A stretch of 61,438 nt of DNA, counting the filler, from Choristocarpus tenellus KU-1152 (lineage: Eukaryota; Protista; Phaeophyceae), in NCBI GenBank assembly GCA_964200185.2. It is 12 parts of 12 records of this genome, joined end to end, with 100 filler letters (N's around TTAATTAATTAA, not from the genome) between each part and the next. Parts side by side here need not be neighbours in the genome. Positions count along the whole stretch, not along the records: positions 1 to 4,101 come from CAXNAD020016204.1; positions 4,202 to 6,821 come from CAXNAD020026207.1; positions 6,922 to 10,254 come from CAXNAD020020741.1; positions 10,355 to 15,670 come from CAXNAD020011180.1; 8 more parts are not named here. One strand, written 5' to 3'. Made by a program: the position numbers and the translations under genes. How positions within the stretch are numbered: position 1 is the stretch's first letter; every line of letters starts with the position of its first letter. The notes beneath the pieces were generated by a model. That model saw only the letters and a program-made list of their open reading frames with translations, searched no databases and was not told the DNA's origin. Below, in pieces: positions 1-11,117 of the stretch.

Positions 1-72
1 CCAGTCAATTTTGGGTCAAGTCCATCCTCAATGAAAAGCTCCATCCTCAATTTTTGAAATCGGCTGTTATAT
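1..72. mobile_element. Right arm of foldback MITE family A (cut by window start)
   Basis: Nearly identical to 43011-43082, the right arm of the palindromic element at 42863-43091. Confidence 0.85.
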
Positions 73-113
73 GTATCCTGTACCTACTATAGTGTTGGCA
101 GTCACCTCTAAGA

Positions 114-437
114 CCAGATCGGTCTTGATTTTTTTTAAACGGTTGCCCAACGAGTTAAACGACTATCAGCATATTGAATGAAAGCTCTTGATCGAAAGCT
201 ATCAATTTCCGGAAAGGAATTCTTTCGGAAAATTATATTGGTAAGGTCAATTTTAACCGAATGTTTTCGGGACAACCTTGAAAAGGTTTCGGAATGAATT
301 ATCACGACCAAAAAATATTTTTCCGAAAGAGTTACTTTGAGTAAATCGATAGCCTTGATTCAGAGCTTTCATTTGATATGCTGATCGTCGATTATCTCGT
401 TGGGAAACCTTTTAAAAAAATCAAGATTGATACCTGG
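114..437. mobile_element. Imperfect long inverted repeat / foldback MITE (family B)
   Basis: 123-207 (TCTTGATTTTTTTTAAACGGTTGCCCAACGAG...GAAAGCTCT...) pairs with the reverse complement of ~343-426. Pairing continues inward (TCTTTCGGAAAA / TTTTCCGAAAGA). No ORF. Confidence 0.75.
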
Positions 438-3400
438 CAAAACGGTACATGGGCTAACCTCGACTTAATACTGTTTAAGCCTCTCACAGGACACAGTGAC
501 GCACAATGAGGTCCGAGTTGTGGCCTGCCCCATACACGACACTGTGAATTGAACCCGATAGGGATGGTCTGAGGGCGGGCGAAGCACTATGTACGAGGAC
601 ACTGTGACTACACGTTGCCTGGAATTAGAGCCAACATTCCTATCAGTCTTAAGGAGGAAGGTGGACTGTCCAGAGTAATTGTGGAGAGGTTCTTCAGGAT
701 GAGTATTGCTAATCACCTGATATATTCCAACGAGAAAGGCATGGAGTGCACCAAATTGGACAGGGTGTACAAGATATTCAAGTCTCGCAGGAGGCCTGCA
801 CCTTCAGAATCCTCATTTGACTTGGCATGGATTGTCTGGTTCAGAGGTGCAGGTCCCCATGAGTGTGCCTTAGCCAGCAGGTGGCAACATCGCATAAACG
901 AGAAATAATAATGGAAAGATAATGGGAAGACAACAACGCCCATGCTCTCCAGGTCAAGATGGCCTCTACTGGAGTCAAAATCGTCCTTACATGCGCGGTT
1001 CGCGCGCGCCACATGGTACATCCGCGCGAACCGTGGGCGCGGACTACTTGATTAAAGTATGGTCCTGTATTTCTCACGATGTTGTGTCACGACAAAGTTG
1101 ATGTAGGAGGCGACTGTCAATACTGTAGAAAAAAAAGTCGAATGTTGGAATATATTTGTCAGCATCCTTGAAATGGAACTATGGGTAACTCTTATTTACG
1201 TTGTTAATTGTATATGTACGAATATTATCATTTTCTTCTTCCTATGTACTACGAAGATTTAGGGGGGGTGGGTTTGATGCAATATAGTATCATATTAAAA
1301 GTACTCGAGTAGTTTAGTATCATATAATCCCGAATATTATATCAGCTTCATACCATGTATTAAAGCAATCAATTGCTCAATTGGTATCAGATAGTTTATC
1401 ATTTACTTTCAGTAGTCATTCGTAGCACCATCTATTCCCACCCGTCAACTGATACTTATTAAGAAGAGACCACTGCAGAGCAAGGTTCACATCTTTTCTA
1501 GTCATCGCACCATTCATACACTTGATTGTTCGAAACAATCCACTCCACTGTCCGAAACAATCCACTCCACTCATTATTCGATCTCTATGTTCCATTCAAA
1601 GGAAGTGTTGAAGGTTTCAGTCCACATTATTCAGAGACCTACTAGTAAAAAAAATAAAATAAGCATGATCTCCCAGATTGGTCTGACTACATCATCTATA
1701 ACCTAACCTGTCTGTGTCTCACACTCAACTGGAAATGGTGGTAGCATTAACTATGATACATTATGTCGATCATACTCGGTGATATGACTTGACTCCAGCA
1801 TGAGTTCCTGTCCGATAACTATACCCGAACTACTGCCCAAAGAGTCAAAGTATATGAGAGATACCCAGAATTGCATTTCAAGGATGATGACAAATATGTG
1901 AAAAATTCGGCTTTTTTTCAAGTGCATATAGGATGTTTTCATAATTGTGTTGTAAAGGTTTCAAACAATAGAGAAATCTACGCCGTCAACTCAAACTTAG
2001 AGGTTCATCCATAGAAATATGGGTGAATTGCGATGGGTCAAATAAAACAGACTTCAGATGCAAACCGGTCTAAATCTGGGTACATCTCGTTTAATTTGGT
2101 TCTAAATTGATTATCCAATAACTCTTCGCTCACATTTACTACTTCCACTTCCTTGCAAACTTCCCTCTAATAATAGCGATGCGGCCAGATAGAGTAGAAT
2201 CGACTTGAGTTGGCATATTAATATTCAGTAGTAGTAGTACCGCTTGTTTGCATGACATTAGATATCAGCTCTATTTAATCGTAGTAGATACCAACATAAT
2301 AGAGCTTTCACCTATAATAAAATTGGACGGAGAGCTATACGCACGGACGAGGTAGGGAGAGGGACAGGAAGGAGGCTATTATAGCAGGAAAGGGGCGGTC
2401 AAATCCCGTGTACTCCAGGTAGTCTCAGTCTCAACGCAAGTAGCACTATCTCGACGCGTCATGCGTTTTAAGCTGGAGACACCAGGGAGGTGGGAAAGGA
2501 GGGGTTTGTTAGATTCTTGGGATGCTTCCCTAGTCCCTCACCCTGGGATACTGGACTAAGCTGGTTTGGAGGCACAGGAAAGTAGTGGTCCACCATACCC
2601 GGTAGTAAAATAGTAAATAGATTGATGTCTTTCACATTTTACAACTAATACTTTTTTAGGGATTTTTCCGACGCGTGAACAGTTTTCATCGGTTTTTCCC
2701 TTGATACATCTCCAAAATGTCAAAAAGAATAATAATGAAAATAAAAATAAAATTGAGCGGATTTATATACAATACACCATCAATGAATGCTTGAAATTCA
2801 AAATTGTAGCGTGTAGAATAAGAACACTACATAATTCAACACAATACAGGTGTCCCCCCCCAAAAAGAAAAATGTATACATGAAAATATGCAGTCTCAAA
2901 TGGCATTATTTTTCGAATTTATTATGATAAAAGTATGGATAATAGAAAGTCATGTATTGTATAAATCAATGAACGTGTGTGAGACATCTACTCCACACCA
3001 TGTAATCATGCATGAGAACCGTTTCTTCTGCTTTGTCTCCCAACGGCACAAAACAACACTTCAAGAAACATATTCCTCACTATCACCACTCCCTTCAACA
3101 CTACATAGAACACCATACCACACAAGCTGATAACTAGTCGACAAATATCCATCCATTCACGCCCTCTTATATCGTATTTCTCTGATATGATACATCGATA
3201 ATGCCATCATCCATAGCCATAAAAACTTAAAATGCACAGTCCGGATTACATGGCCACCACAAACCACGCAAGGCAAGAAAGCAACTAAAAACTGCTTCGG
3301 ATGAGCATAATATACACCATACACAAGAAACATACCAGAATGCATCCACTCACTACTTAAAGGCTGCCTCGGCCTAAGAGCAAGGAGTTTGCTCATCAGA

Positions 3401-4101
3401 CCAGCAACAAGGATCAACATGCAGACCTCAAACACAACGAATACATACTACAGCAACTATGTTTTCCTTTTTATTCCAAATATGGGGGAAAAGCAACCTC
3501 CAAGCGCCAACAACACCATATTATATGCTGAAGGTATCGACTGGAGATTATCATTTAACACGCAAAGGGCAAGTCACCATTGACAATCAAATCCACTGTT
3601 CTTACTTAACACCAACCCTCAATCCGAACCACGACTTTCTACAAAGCACAAAAAAAAAAAACGAAACTTCTCTTTACTCCTCACAAACCATTTATCGGAT
3701 TTGACCGGTAACACTTGATATTTACGTGCAACTTCTGGGACTTAATTCACCCAATCATTACGAGTATGATCTACTTCTTTGATCAATCGATAAGTGTCCT
3801 TCACAACTAACTTCGCAGGGGCAGCCAGCAAAAATAGGAAATATCGGTACAAGAAAGATACTTTGGACACTTGCGGCTCAACACCTACAACGAAAGGAAA
3901 AAACGATTCTTCTTCTTCTCCCACTCCTCCCTCACAACACCCACTATAACCAGCTATTATGTCTAAAGTCGAATGGTTGATGACCCTTCCACAATGAAAA
4001 GGTCAAAAAAAAAAAAAACAACAGCAAGAATAAAAAAAACTAAAACAAAACTCAAATACCAGAGACAACAGGATAGGAAAATAAAAGTGACATAGGACAC
4101 G

Positions 4102-4201
4102 NNNNNNNNNNNNNNNNNNNNNNNNNNNNNNNNNNNNNNNNNNNNTTAATTAATTAANNNNNNNNNNNNNNNNNNNNNNNNNNNNNNNNNNNNNNNNNNN
4201 N
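4102..4201. other. Artificial contig-joining spacer (first of 11 identical spacers)
   Basis: N-run + TTAATTAATTAA (stops in all six frames) + N-run, 100 bp. Repeated at 6822, 10255, 15671, 18811, 24401, 27530, 39292, 48831, 51882 and 58315. Confidence 0.98.
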
Positions 4202-4673
4202 GCCTTATCCTTCCCTCCTCATCTCGTACCCCTTAATTTCTTCACTGCTATCCTCTGTTTCTGCCTACCCCTCTATTTCATTAACTCTCTCGTTCCTTCC
4301 TTAACTATTCATTCTCTTCTTCTTTCTATTCTATCCCCACATTCTTGTCCTGTGCCCCCAGCCAACCAGAATTCTCCCGCACACAAAACTCAGTTTACTT
4401 CATAAACTCTCACTTTTGAAAGTTGGGTTGGAGAGGTGTGGTGTTTGTAGAGAGTTAGAAGAATTGAAATATTTTATATTTTGAATATTTTTTTATATCT
4501 TTCCTATTCATCTTTCAGTGACGAATTTTCACCATACCCATTCACCTCACTTGCTCATTGTTGATGGTAGATGGTTATCACGCACCGAAGAGGTAGAGCC
4601 AACAAGTAGATTATACCCAAATTGCATTTGTTGTCGTCCTGGGGCGTGTGATTGTCCACGTTCACGGACGGTC

Positions 4674-6470
4674 ATGGAGACGACGGTTAGCAGGTTGAAA
4701 TCATTTGAGAGAGCAGGTGAGCTGTTTTTATGGTGTTTCAGGTGATAGGTTGAGAATGAAAATGGCAAAAAGAGAACAGCAACTAACGAATTTTGTATCG
4801 CGTTTGTCGCTTGTCGCCTTTCGCTTCTCTACTACAGTCGCGGAACGGGAGATTCTTCTTGAATTCTATGCTTCCACGAATGGACATCGGTGGAAGAATA
4901 ATTCTGGGTGGAACTCCCATGCCCATGATCTGTCAACGTGGTACGGGATTGAAGTCGACGATGAAGGATACGTGGTCAAGATTGGCCTCATAGGAAACAA
5001 CCTCCAACGTAAGACCTGAATGTCGAGTTTTACATTCCAAATTTGTGTGTCGCATGTCCATTTATAGGTGGCATCTTGTATGGTTGGCTTCGTATATTTG
5101 ATGTATGTATCAACGGGGTCAATGTTATTGACTCGCTCGTGGATGTATTGTACAGATGTGAATATCAACGAGTTTACACTGAACATTCGTGCATGTATAT
5201 TGACACATGGACCGTTGACTGTGACGTGAGAATCACATCGTATTGGTCAATTTTTTTTGCACGTTATTGTTAGTAAGAAGGAATGAGATAGGTCTACATG
5301 GGATGGTACTTAACTTCTGTCAATTTTGGAGGTCATGGATAAATCGGGGGTTAACACTTGTAAGGCAACACATCAGCTAGACCATTTTTCGAAGTGAGGG
5401 AAAATTGATTTGTCTGATGACGCCAGAGCTCGCCATTCCAGGATTAGTTTGCGGATTATCGTTATGAAAGACTGGACAAAAGCTCTATTGTACGGTATGT
5501 TAAAGCGGAGTACACAAACCTGTACCACAGTGAAGATGTGTGAGAACTGCACTTTTTGTTGTCGTCACGTGTTGTGTGTGTCTTATTTTTGACATCTACC
5601 TTATGAAATTCACTTTCAGGTTTCCATTTATACTTACGAATGAAACTTTGTTCCAAGTTTTATAAAAATGCTTATATCAATTGTCCAACAGACTGTGGAA
5701 CATATGTTGTAGTAGGTGCGACTCCTTTCCCTTGCACAAAATAATACTGTTAATGATCGTTATCATGTGAATTTTTTGTTTCTCACCTAATAGAATCTTA
5801 TCTTGCAAGAATTTCTCAGCTGTTTTTAATTCCTCTAAGAGACACATATGTTAAACTTGCAAAATAATGTTGTCAAAAGTGCATGTTGGATGCAAGTTTT
5901 ACTTTGAGGCTCCAACAAAAAAGGCATAAAAAAACAACAAAAAAAGATTTTCGTTATCTAAGTTTTACAAATTCAATAAGAGGGAACACTTCGAATATCG
6001 ACCTTCAATTTTCTCAATCTATTGCCTTTTTTTCATACTAAAGGGTTCATGTATAAGCAGAACAACAACACATTTTGCCAGGAGATAATATTCTATTGCT
6101 GTGGTATGATGCTAACCACACCACAGCCGCGTAGTGCATCAATACTGGTGATTATCACCATCATATTGGTTCGGTTAATATTGCTTAGTGTGGATAGGTT
6201 ACCTTGTCAATGGCGTTGCTGTGTGTAGGATGGTTGAAGATGTTTAGTTAGTCTGAGGATAGAAGGTGATTGAGAATTTGTGATTGTAAGAATAGATGTG
6301 ATTTTCGTTTTGCATGATTTGTCACACCACTTTTGACTAATGGTTGTTTGTGTATTGTGAAACCTGAATGGCTTTCGTAAATGAACTCTTTCCTCACAGG
6401 ATCAATACCGGAGTCACTGGGGAGTCTCTCTGCTCTCAGGGACTAAATTTGTCTTCCAATCTGCTAAGCG
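4674..6470 (+). CDS. Leucine-rich-repeat protein, 5' part (LRR N-cap plus first LRR exon; brown-algal LRR/ROCO-like architecture), possibly a pseudogene
   Basis: Phase-compatible exons 4674-4716 (METTVSRLKSFERA, donor gtgagc) and 4838-5008 (VAEREILLEFYASTNGHRWKNNSGWNSHAHDLSTWYGIEVDDEGYVVKIGLIGNNLQ, a typical LRR N-cap). Exon 6400-6470 reads SIPESLGSLSAL/GLNLSSNLLSG, a plant-type LRR, and is 71 nt, so it is frameshifted. The contig ends at 6821. Confidence 0.85.
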
Positions 6471-6921
6471 GTAAGTGTGAAGTTTTACCTTTGTTGAATT
6501 TTGAAGGTATCTCCTTTTTGTTTGTTTTCCTGTTGAAGGACCCCATTGATGTCAAGAATGTATATTTTTCATGTGTGCCCTAGGAATGTTGGACTGGATC
6601 AGTATATAAATGATATAATCCAATTTCGTATGAGTAATAGAGCAGGGCCATGGTTAGTTCGATATTGATTAGTGTGAGAATTAGCTGTGTTTAGAGGAGA
6701 GTGATGTATGTAGTGCGCATGAGGGTTGTTGTGTACCTGGAGGTGATGTTGTGGGGGAGAGGAGTGTAGGCATATTGGTTGTGGTTGTATTAGTCAGGGC
6801 AGGATAGTTGAGGAGGTATTTNNNNNNNNNNNNNNNNNNNNNNNNNNNNNNNNNNNNNNNNNNNNTTAATTAATTAANNNNNNNNNNNNNNNNNNNNNNN
6901 NNNNNNNNNNNNNNNNNNNNN

Positions 6922-7080
6922 GGATGTCAATTCAGTGTTTTTTCATGAGATACTCAACGAAAGAAGTCCATGCTCTGTGGAGAGGCTTGTTACCTTGGCT
7001 GGCAAGGGTTTGTGTGGATGGTTTTAACTCTGATTCTATTCCAACAAGGTGTGCGTTAGGTGATCTTGTTACAGAGTGAG
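6922..7080 (-). repeat. Dispersed repeat carrying a conserved ORF C-terminus (unclassified TE)
   Basis: Aligns with 61345-61438. Both translate on the minus strand as ...TL(A/V)SQGNKPLHRAWT(S/T)FVEY(L/H)MK(K/E)H-stop. Confidence 0.7.
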
Positions 7081-8385
7081 CTTGGTGAAATTGTGTGGGA
7101 TCAATTGACAACCAAGAAAGACATAATAATCAACAATTAACGTACAACTTTAATCTTCTGGTGATAAGAAGAAGGAAGAGAGGGGAAAATAGGAACAAAC
7201 AAGAGGACAATAGAAAAAACTTGAATCAATATGTGATGTAACTCAAGTGATGCATACTATTCCTGTGTGTAGAATGCAGAGCGACTGTTCTGTACTGTGG
7301 TGTTCTGACAGTAATTGATGTGATGGTGATGAACTAGTGAAAATAACGACCAGCGCATAACAGACCAATCAACAGTCAGTGTTGACTGATGGAACTGTAT
7401 TGAATCAAGGAAAAACAGATGAGTAGCATATGTTTTAACACATACCATCCTCGGAAAGCAAAGCTGACTTGGCTCAGCGAAATCGGGGCAAGGGCAAAAA
7501 AAAAAGCGGACATCGCCGATTTTTTGGCGGTCGTGATTTTTTTATTTTTAAATAAGTTGTTTTATTCAGTGCATACGATGGGGGGTGCATGGCGGTGCAG
7601 CTGCATTTCATCCACAGTGGTGGCGTTTTTGATACTGTACTGTATAATATCGTTGTAGAGTGCAGTTGAATACGTAGGGCAGGGAATCGGAGGGAGATTG
7701 GCTTTGAACGTTGATTTGATTTGAACTGCGAGTCATCTGTTCATCCATCCAACGCCTTGCGGATGCTTTCTTGGGAAGGCATACTATCCATATGAGTGAA
7801 TACGTCGTAACGAGTGTAATTTACTAAAATTACAGTACTACATATACGTATGACACTAGTATGCTGTTCAGGGGCGGTGTAGATGTGTTGCTTGCTGCAC
7901 CACCACAGCTTCATCGAAATGGGCTCACAGAGGGCAATTGTTCAATACATATCTACAAGTAACTACTCTTGAAGGCACATGGGAAACACATACAGCAAGG
8001 GTGTCGCTCTGTCGCCGTTCGGGGATAAGCATAATGTGCCTACGACCACTGTTGCTCGATATAACATAGGTTTCTCTTATCACCATCCCTCGGTTTAAGA
8101 GAATAGCGCTCTTATATAAAATAAGAGAGGATCGGGATATAAGAGAGGGGTTTTTCGGTTGCCCCTACTCTCTTATATAGGTACACCCCCTATAATTATA
8201 ATACCAATTACAATAACAATAGAAACAGTAGTGTAGGAGTAGATGGAAATATCGTGCATGATCGATCTTAATACGATGATGGAGTGTACTTCTTTTTGTA
8301 CCAGTGTGTGCAATTAATCTTGAAAGTATTGCTATTTGATCAGTAGTGAAGACAAGAAGGTGTGGAGCCTCACACGGTCCCCTTT

Positions 8386-9926
8386 TGCTGAACGTGAAAA
8401 GAGTGGGTGGATGAATTAGAAGAGTAACCTCATGGGATGTCTTCTTATTGCTTGTTTTATTGTTATTTTGTGCCTCATACATAACTCAATGGTTATGTCA
8501 GATTAGTTGAAGGCAGAACCAAACTCATACATAATCCCCTTACATAATCCGGATGTACTATCTCATTAGTTAGTTACATCACATGGACTCAGTCAAATGC
8601 CACAATCTCACATACACAAAATAGGGTACACCTTACTATTGTCCTGTTTTGCACACTCCCCCATAAACGTAGGAGTAAAAGAACAAAGATTACTTCAACT
8701 CTCTCGCACACACAACATTTATCTTATCAACACAGAAAAAGAATACAGATTGCTTCAACTCTAACACAGGACATTCGTCTTGTCAACACAGTCAAAGAAC
8801 ACAGACTGCTTCACCTCTAACACACGACATTCATCTAGTCAACACAGGATCTACGAACTCATTTACATGCTTCTTTCATGATCTTTTTCTCAATATATCT
8901 GCAAGTTGTAGTGTTGTGGGTATATGCTGTAAAAGGTCCTTGGTTGACATACTCCCTGGTGCATTTCAGCTTGATATCGACATGCCTTGTCCTTCCATTG
9001 AATCCTTCAGTCGTCCCTGCTTGGATCGCACCTCGATTATCCCCATACCAGCTCGTGACCCCTTGGGGTATACCCAGCTCCCCCAGGATTCCTCTGAGGG
9101 ATATTGCATGTCTCATTTCATGCATAATCGCTGTCCATTCAGCTTCTCATGAAGATGTGGTTACAGCTCCTTGTATCTTGGATTTCCATGCAATTGGAGC
9201 CCCATTCCTTAGGATCAGATACCCTGTCACGCTTCACCTTGAGAAAGTGCCATTGCCCCAGTCTGAGTCTCCATACCCGATCAAGGCCCTGTTATCCATT
9301 TCACCACCAGCAGGATAGTGTATCCCTACTCTTGTGGTGCCTGCTAGGTATCGCAGAACATGTTGCAGCCCTTTCCGGTATCGATTGCATGGAGATATCG
9401 TGCATCTTCCCTGCTCTCGCACACTGTTAGGCAGGTCTGGTCGCGTAATGCCAGCTAGGAAGATAAGTTTCCCCAAAATGGTGCGGCAAGGTCTGTACCT
9501 CTGGTCCAGCTCCTCCTCGCCAGTTCTCCTTGGGGTCAGGTCCATTCCTGGGTTTAAGGGTGATGATATACTCCATTCTTATGTCAATTCCATTCCCTCG
9601 CAAACAATGCTCTCTGCGTAGAAACGCTGGTCCAGTGTGATGCCAGCCTCATCCCTACTAAATGCCAACCTGACTAATTTGTCTGGAGTCTCAGGTCCCG
9701 TTCCTCGTACTTGGCAAGTAGACTGTTCTTCATCCAGTTGATTTCTTCATCGAAGTCTCCGGTCAATGAGATGTCATCCACACAGTGGAAGAGGACAGCG
9801 ATCCAACAATCTTTGCTCCTGTTCACGTATAGGCAGGCATCGAAGTCACTGACGCTCCACCCCTCATCTAATATTGACCCCTTGAGCCCCCTGTACAACT
9901 CCATTGCTAATTGCTTAAGGCCATAA
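8386..9926 (-). mobile_element. Decayed Ty1/Copia LTR retrotransposon: RT C-terminal part, RNase H, PPT and 3' LTR
   Basis: Minus-strand motifs YGLKQ, HCVDD (YVDD-like), TRPDL, GYGDSDW, GDNRGAI and RTRHVDIK, with stops and frameshifts. PPT GGGGGAG at 8656-8662 is followed by TG. Putative LTR ~8386-8655 (TG...CA, contains AATAAA). Confidence 0.92.
8678..8848. repeat. ~56-bp tandem repeat x3 in the Copia 3' UTR
   Basis: Unit AAAGAACACAGATTGCTTCAACTCTAACACAxGACATTCxTCTTGTCAACACAG occurs three times between RNase H and the PPT. Confidence 0.85.
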
Positions 9927-11117
9927 TGTTGAACTATCCCACACTGGACCCGCGGCTTTTATGGTGCTTTAGTGAAGGACAAAGAACAACTTGATATAGA
10001 TGAGTAAGGTTAATATTACAAGGGCCTTTGTGGTCTCGATTCCGCTGACTGAGAAGGTGGGTAAGACCAGTGCAGCCTACCATGTGGGATTTGCAACGTC
10101 CACATGGATAATCAGAAAATAATCATATCTACCTATCACACGTGCCGTACATGATATATCAACTGATGATCAAGTATCAGGTCCGTACCATACATGAACT
10201 ACCATACATAAACGTTGTGTAGAGCCCAACGGAAATATACAGAAAAATATATCANNNNNNNNNNNNNNNNNNNNNNNNNNNNNNNNNNNNNNNNNNNNTT
10301 AATTAATTAANNNNNNNNNNNNNNNNNNNNNNNNNNNNNNNNNNNNNNNNNNNNCCCCCCATCCTCCCCTTCATTAGTTGAGATCTTCTGGTTGTGTTGT
10401 TACTCCATTAAATTTCCACGTGCTATTTTCTTGATTACAGGGAGAAATCTGGCCAGCCCTGTCTGTCTTTGGTCAATAATTGAATAATGCTTTAGTGGTG
10501 GTATTATTATAGACTTTCTAGACTTTTGTGCAAAGTAGTATTTTTTTTTTTGTAGTAGATTTTGCTGGAGGTAGAGATCACACTTGTGACTATTGTATTG
10601 GTCTGAAAGTGTGCTTGGGTGGTGGTCTTGTGTGATAGATTTGGGTATGGAAAGAACAGTACCAGCAACAACTCATCTTTGGGCCACTTGAGGCATATCT
10701 ATGATCTATCTGTCCATCATTGTCAGTCTTTGATATATCTTCATATTTTTATTATTACTGATGTGCTGTTGATAACACACTGCAGATAACAAAATTTGTT
10801 TTGAAAAAAAAAACTGATTTCATTTATTTGTCTCCAAAACAAGCTTCAGAAGAAGTGGGAGAAGCATGTTCAAATTTTTCCTTCCCCCTACTGTTGCTTC
10901 TGTGTGACTGCCCCACCTCTTCCCATAACATTTTTCCTTCCCATTTCCTGATAACACTCCGCCCTGACACTTTCCATCCTCTGTCAAACAACTGCTACTA
11001 CCTACCATATCTCCTGCCCCTACTGGTCATAACTCCCATCACATCACTCTGCAATGGTAACCCCAATTCTATCCCCACTATACTCTCTTATGTATGTTGT
11101 ATCCATTTTGAGTCCAG

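Noticed and set aside
465-1077. Overlapping ORFs on both strands
   Set aside because: No recognisable motif and no consistent splice chain. They may hide an exon, but I cannot support one.
3150-3700. A/C-rich coding-like tracts (also ~19000-19900 and ~25000-25500) as LINE remnants
   Set aside because: Composition is suggestive, but I found no RT or endonuclease motif.
3742-3884. Possible minus-strand terminal exon (VEPQVSKVSFLYRYF...NDWVN*)
   Set aside because: The acceptor is plausible, but there is no upstream exon or homology to support it.
4146-4157. TTAATTAATTAA palindrome recurring 11 times
   Set aside because: Always embedded in N-runs of fixed length. It is an artificial six-frame-stop linker, not a biological motif. 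ORFs containing X are artefacts.
8878-9621. Plus-strand ORFs of 78-146 aa over the Copia element (likewise in 21767-24277)
   Set aside because: They are antisense shadows of the minus-strand pol frame.
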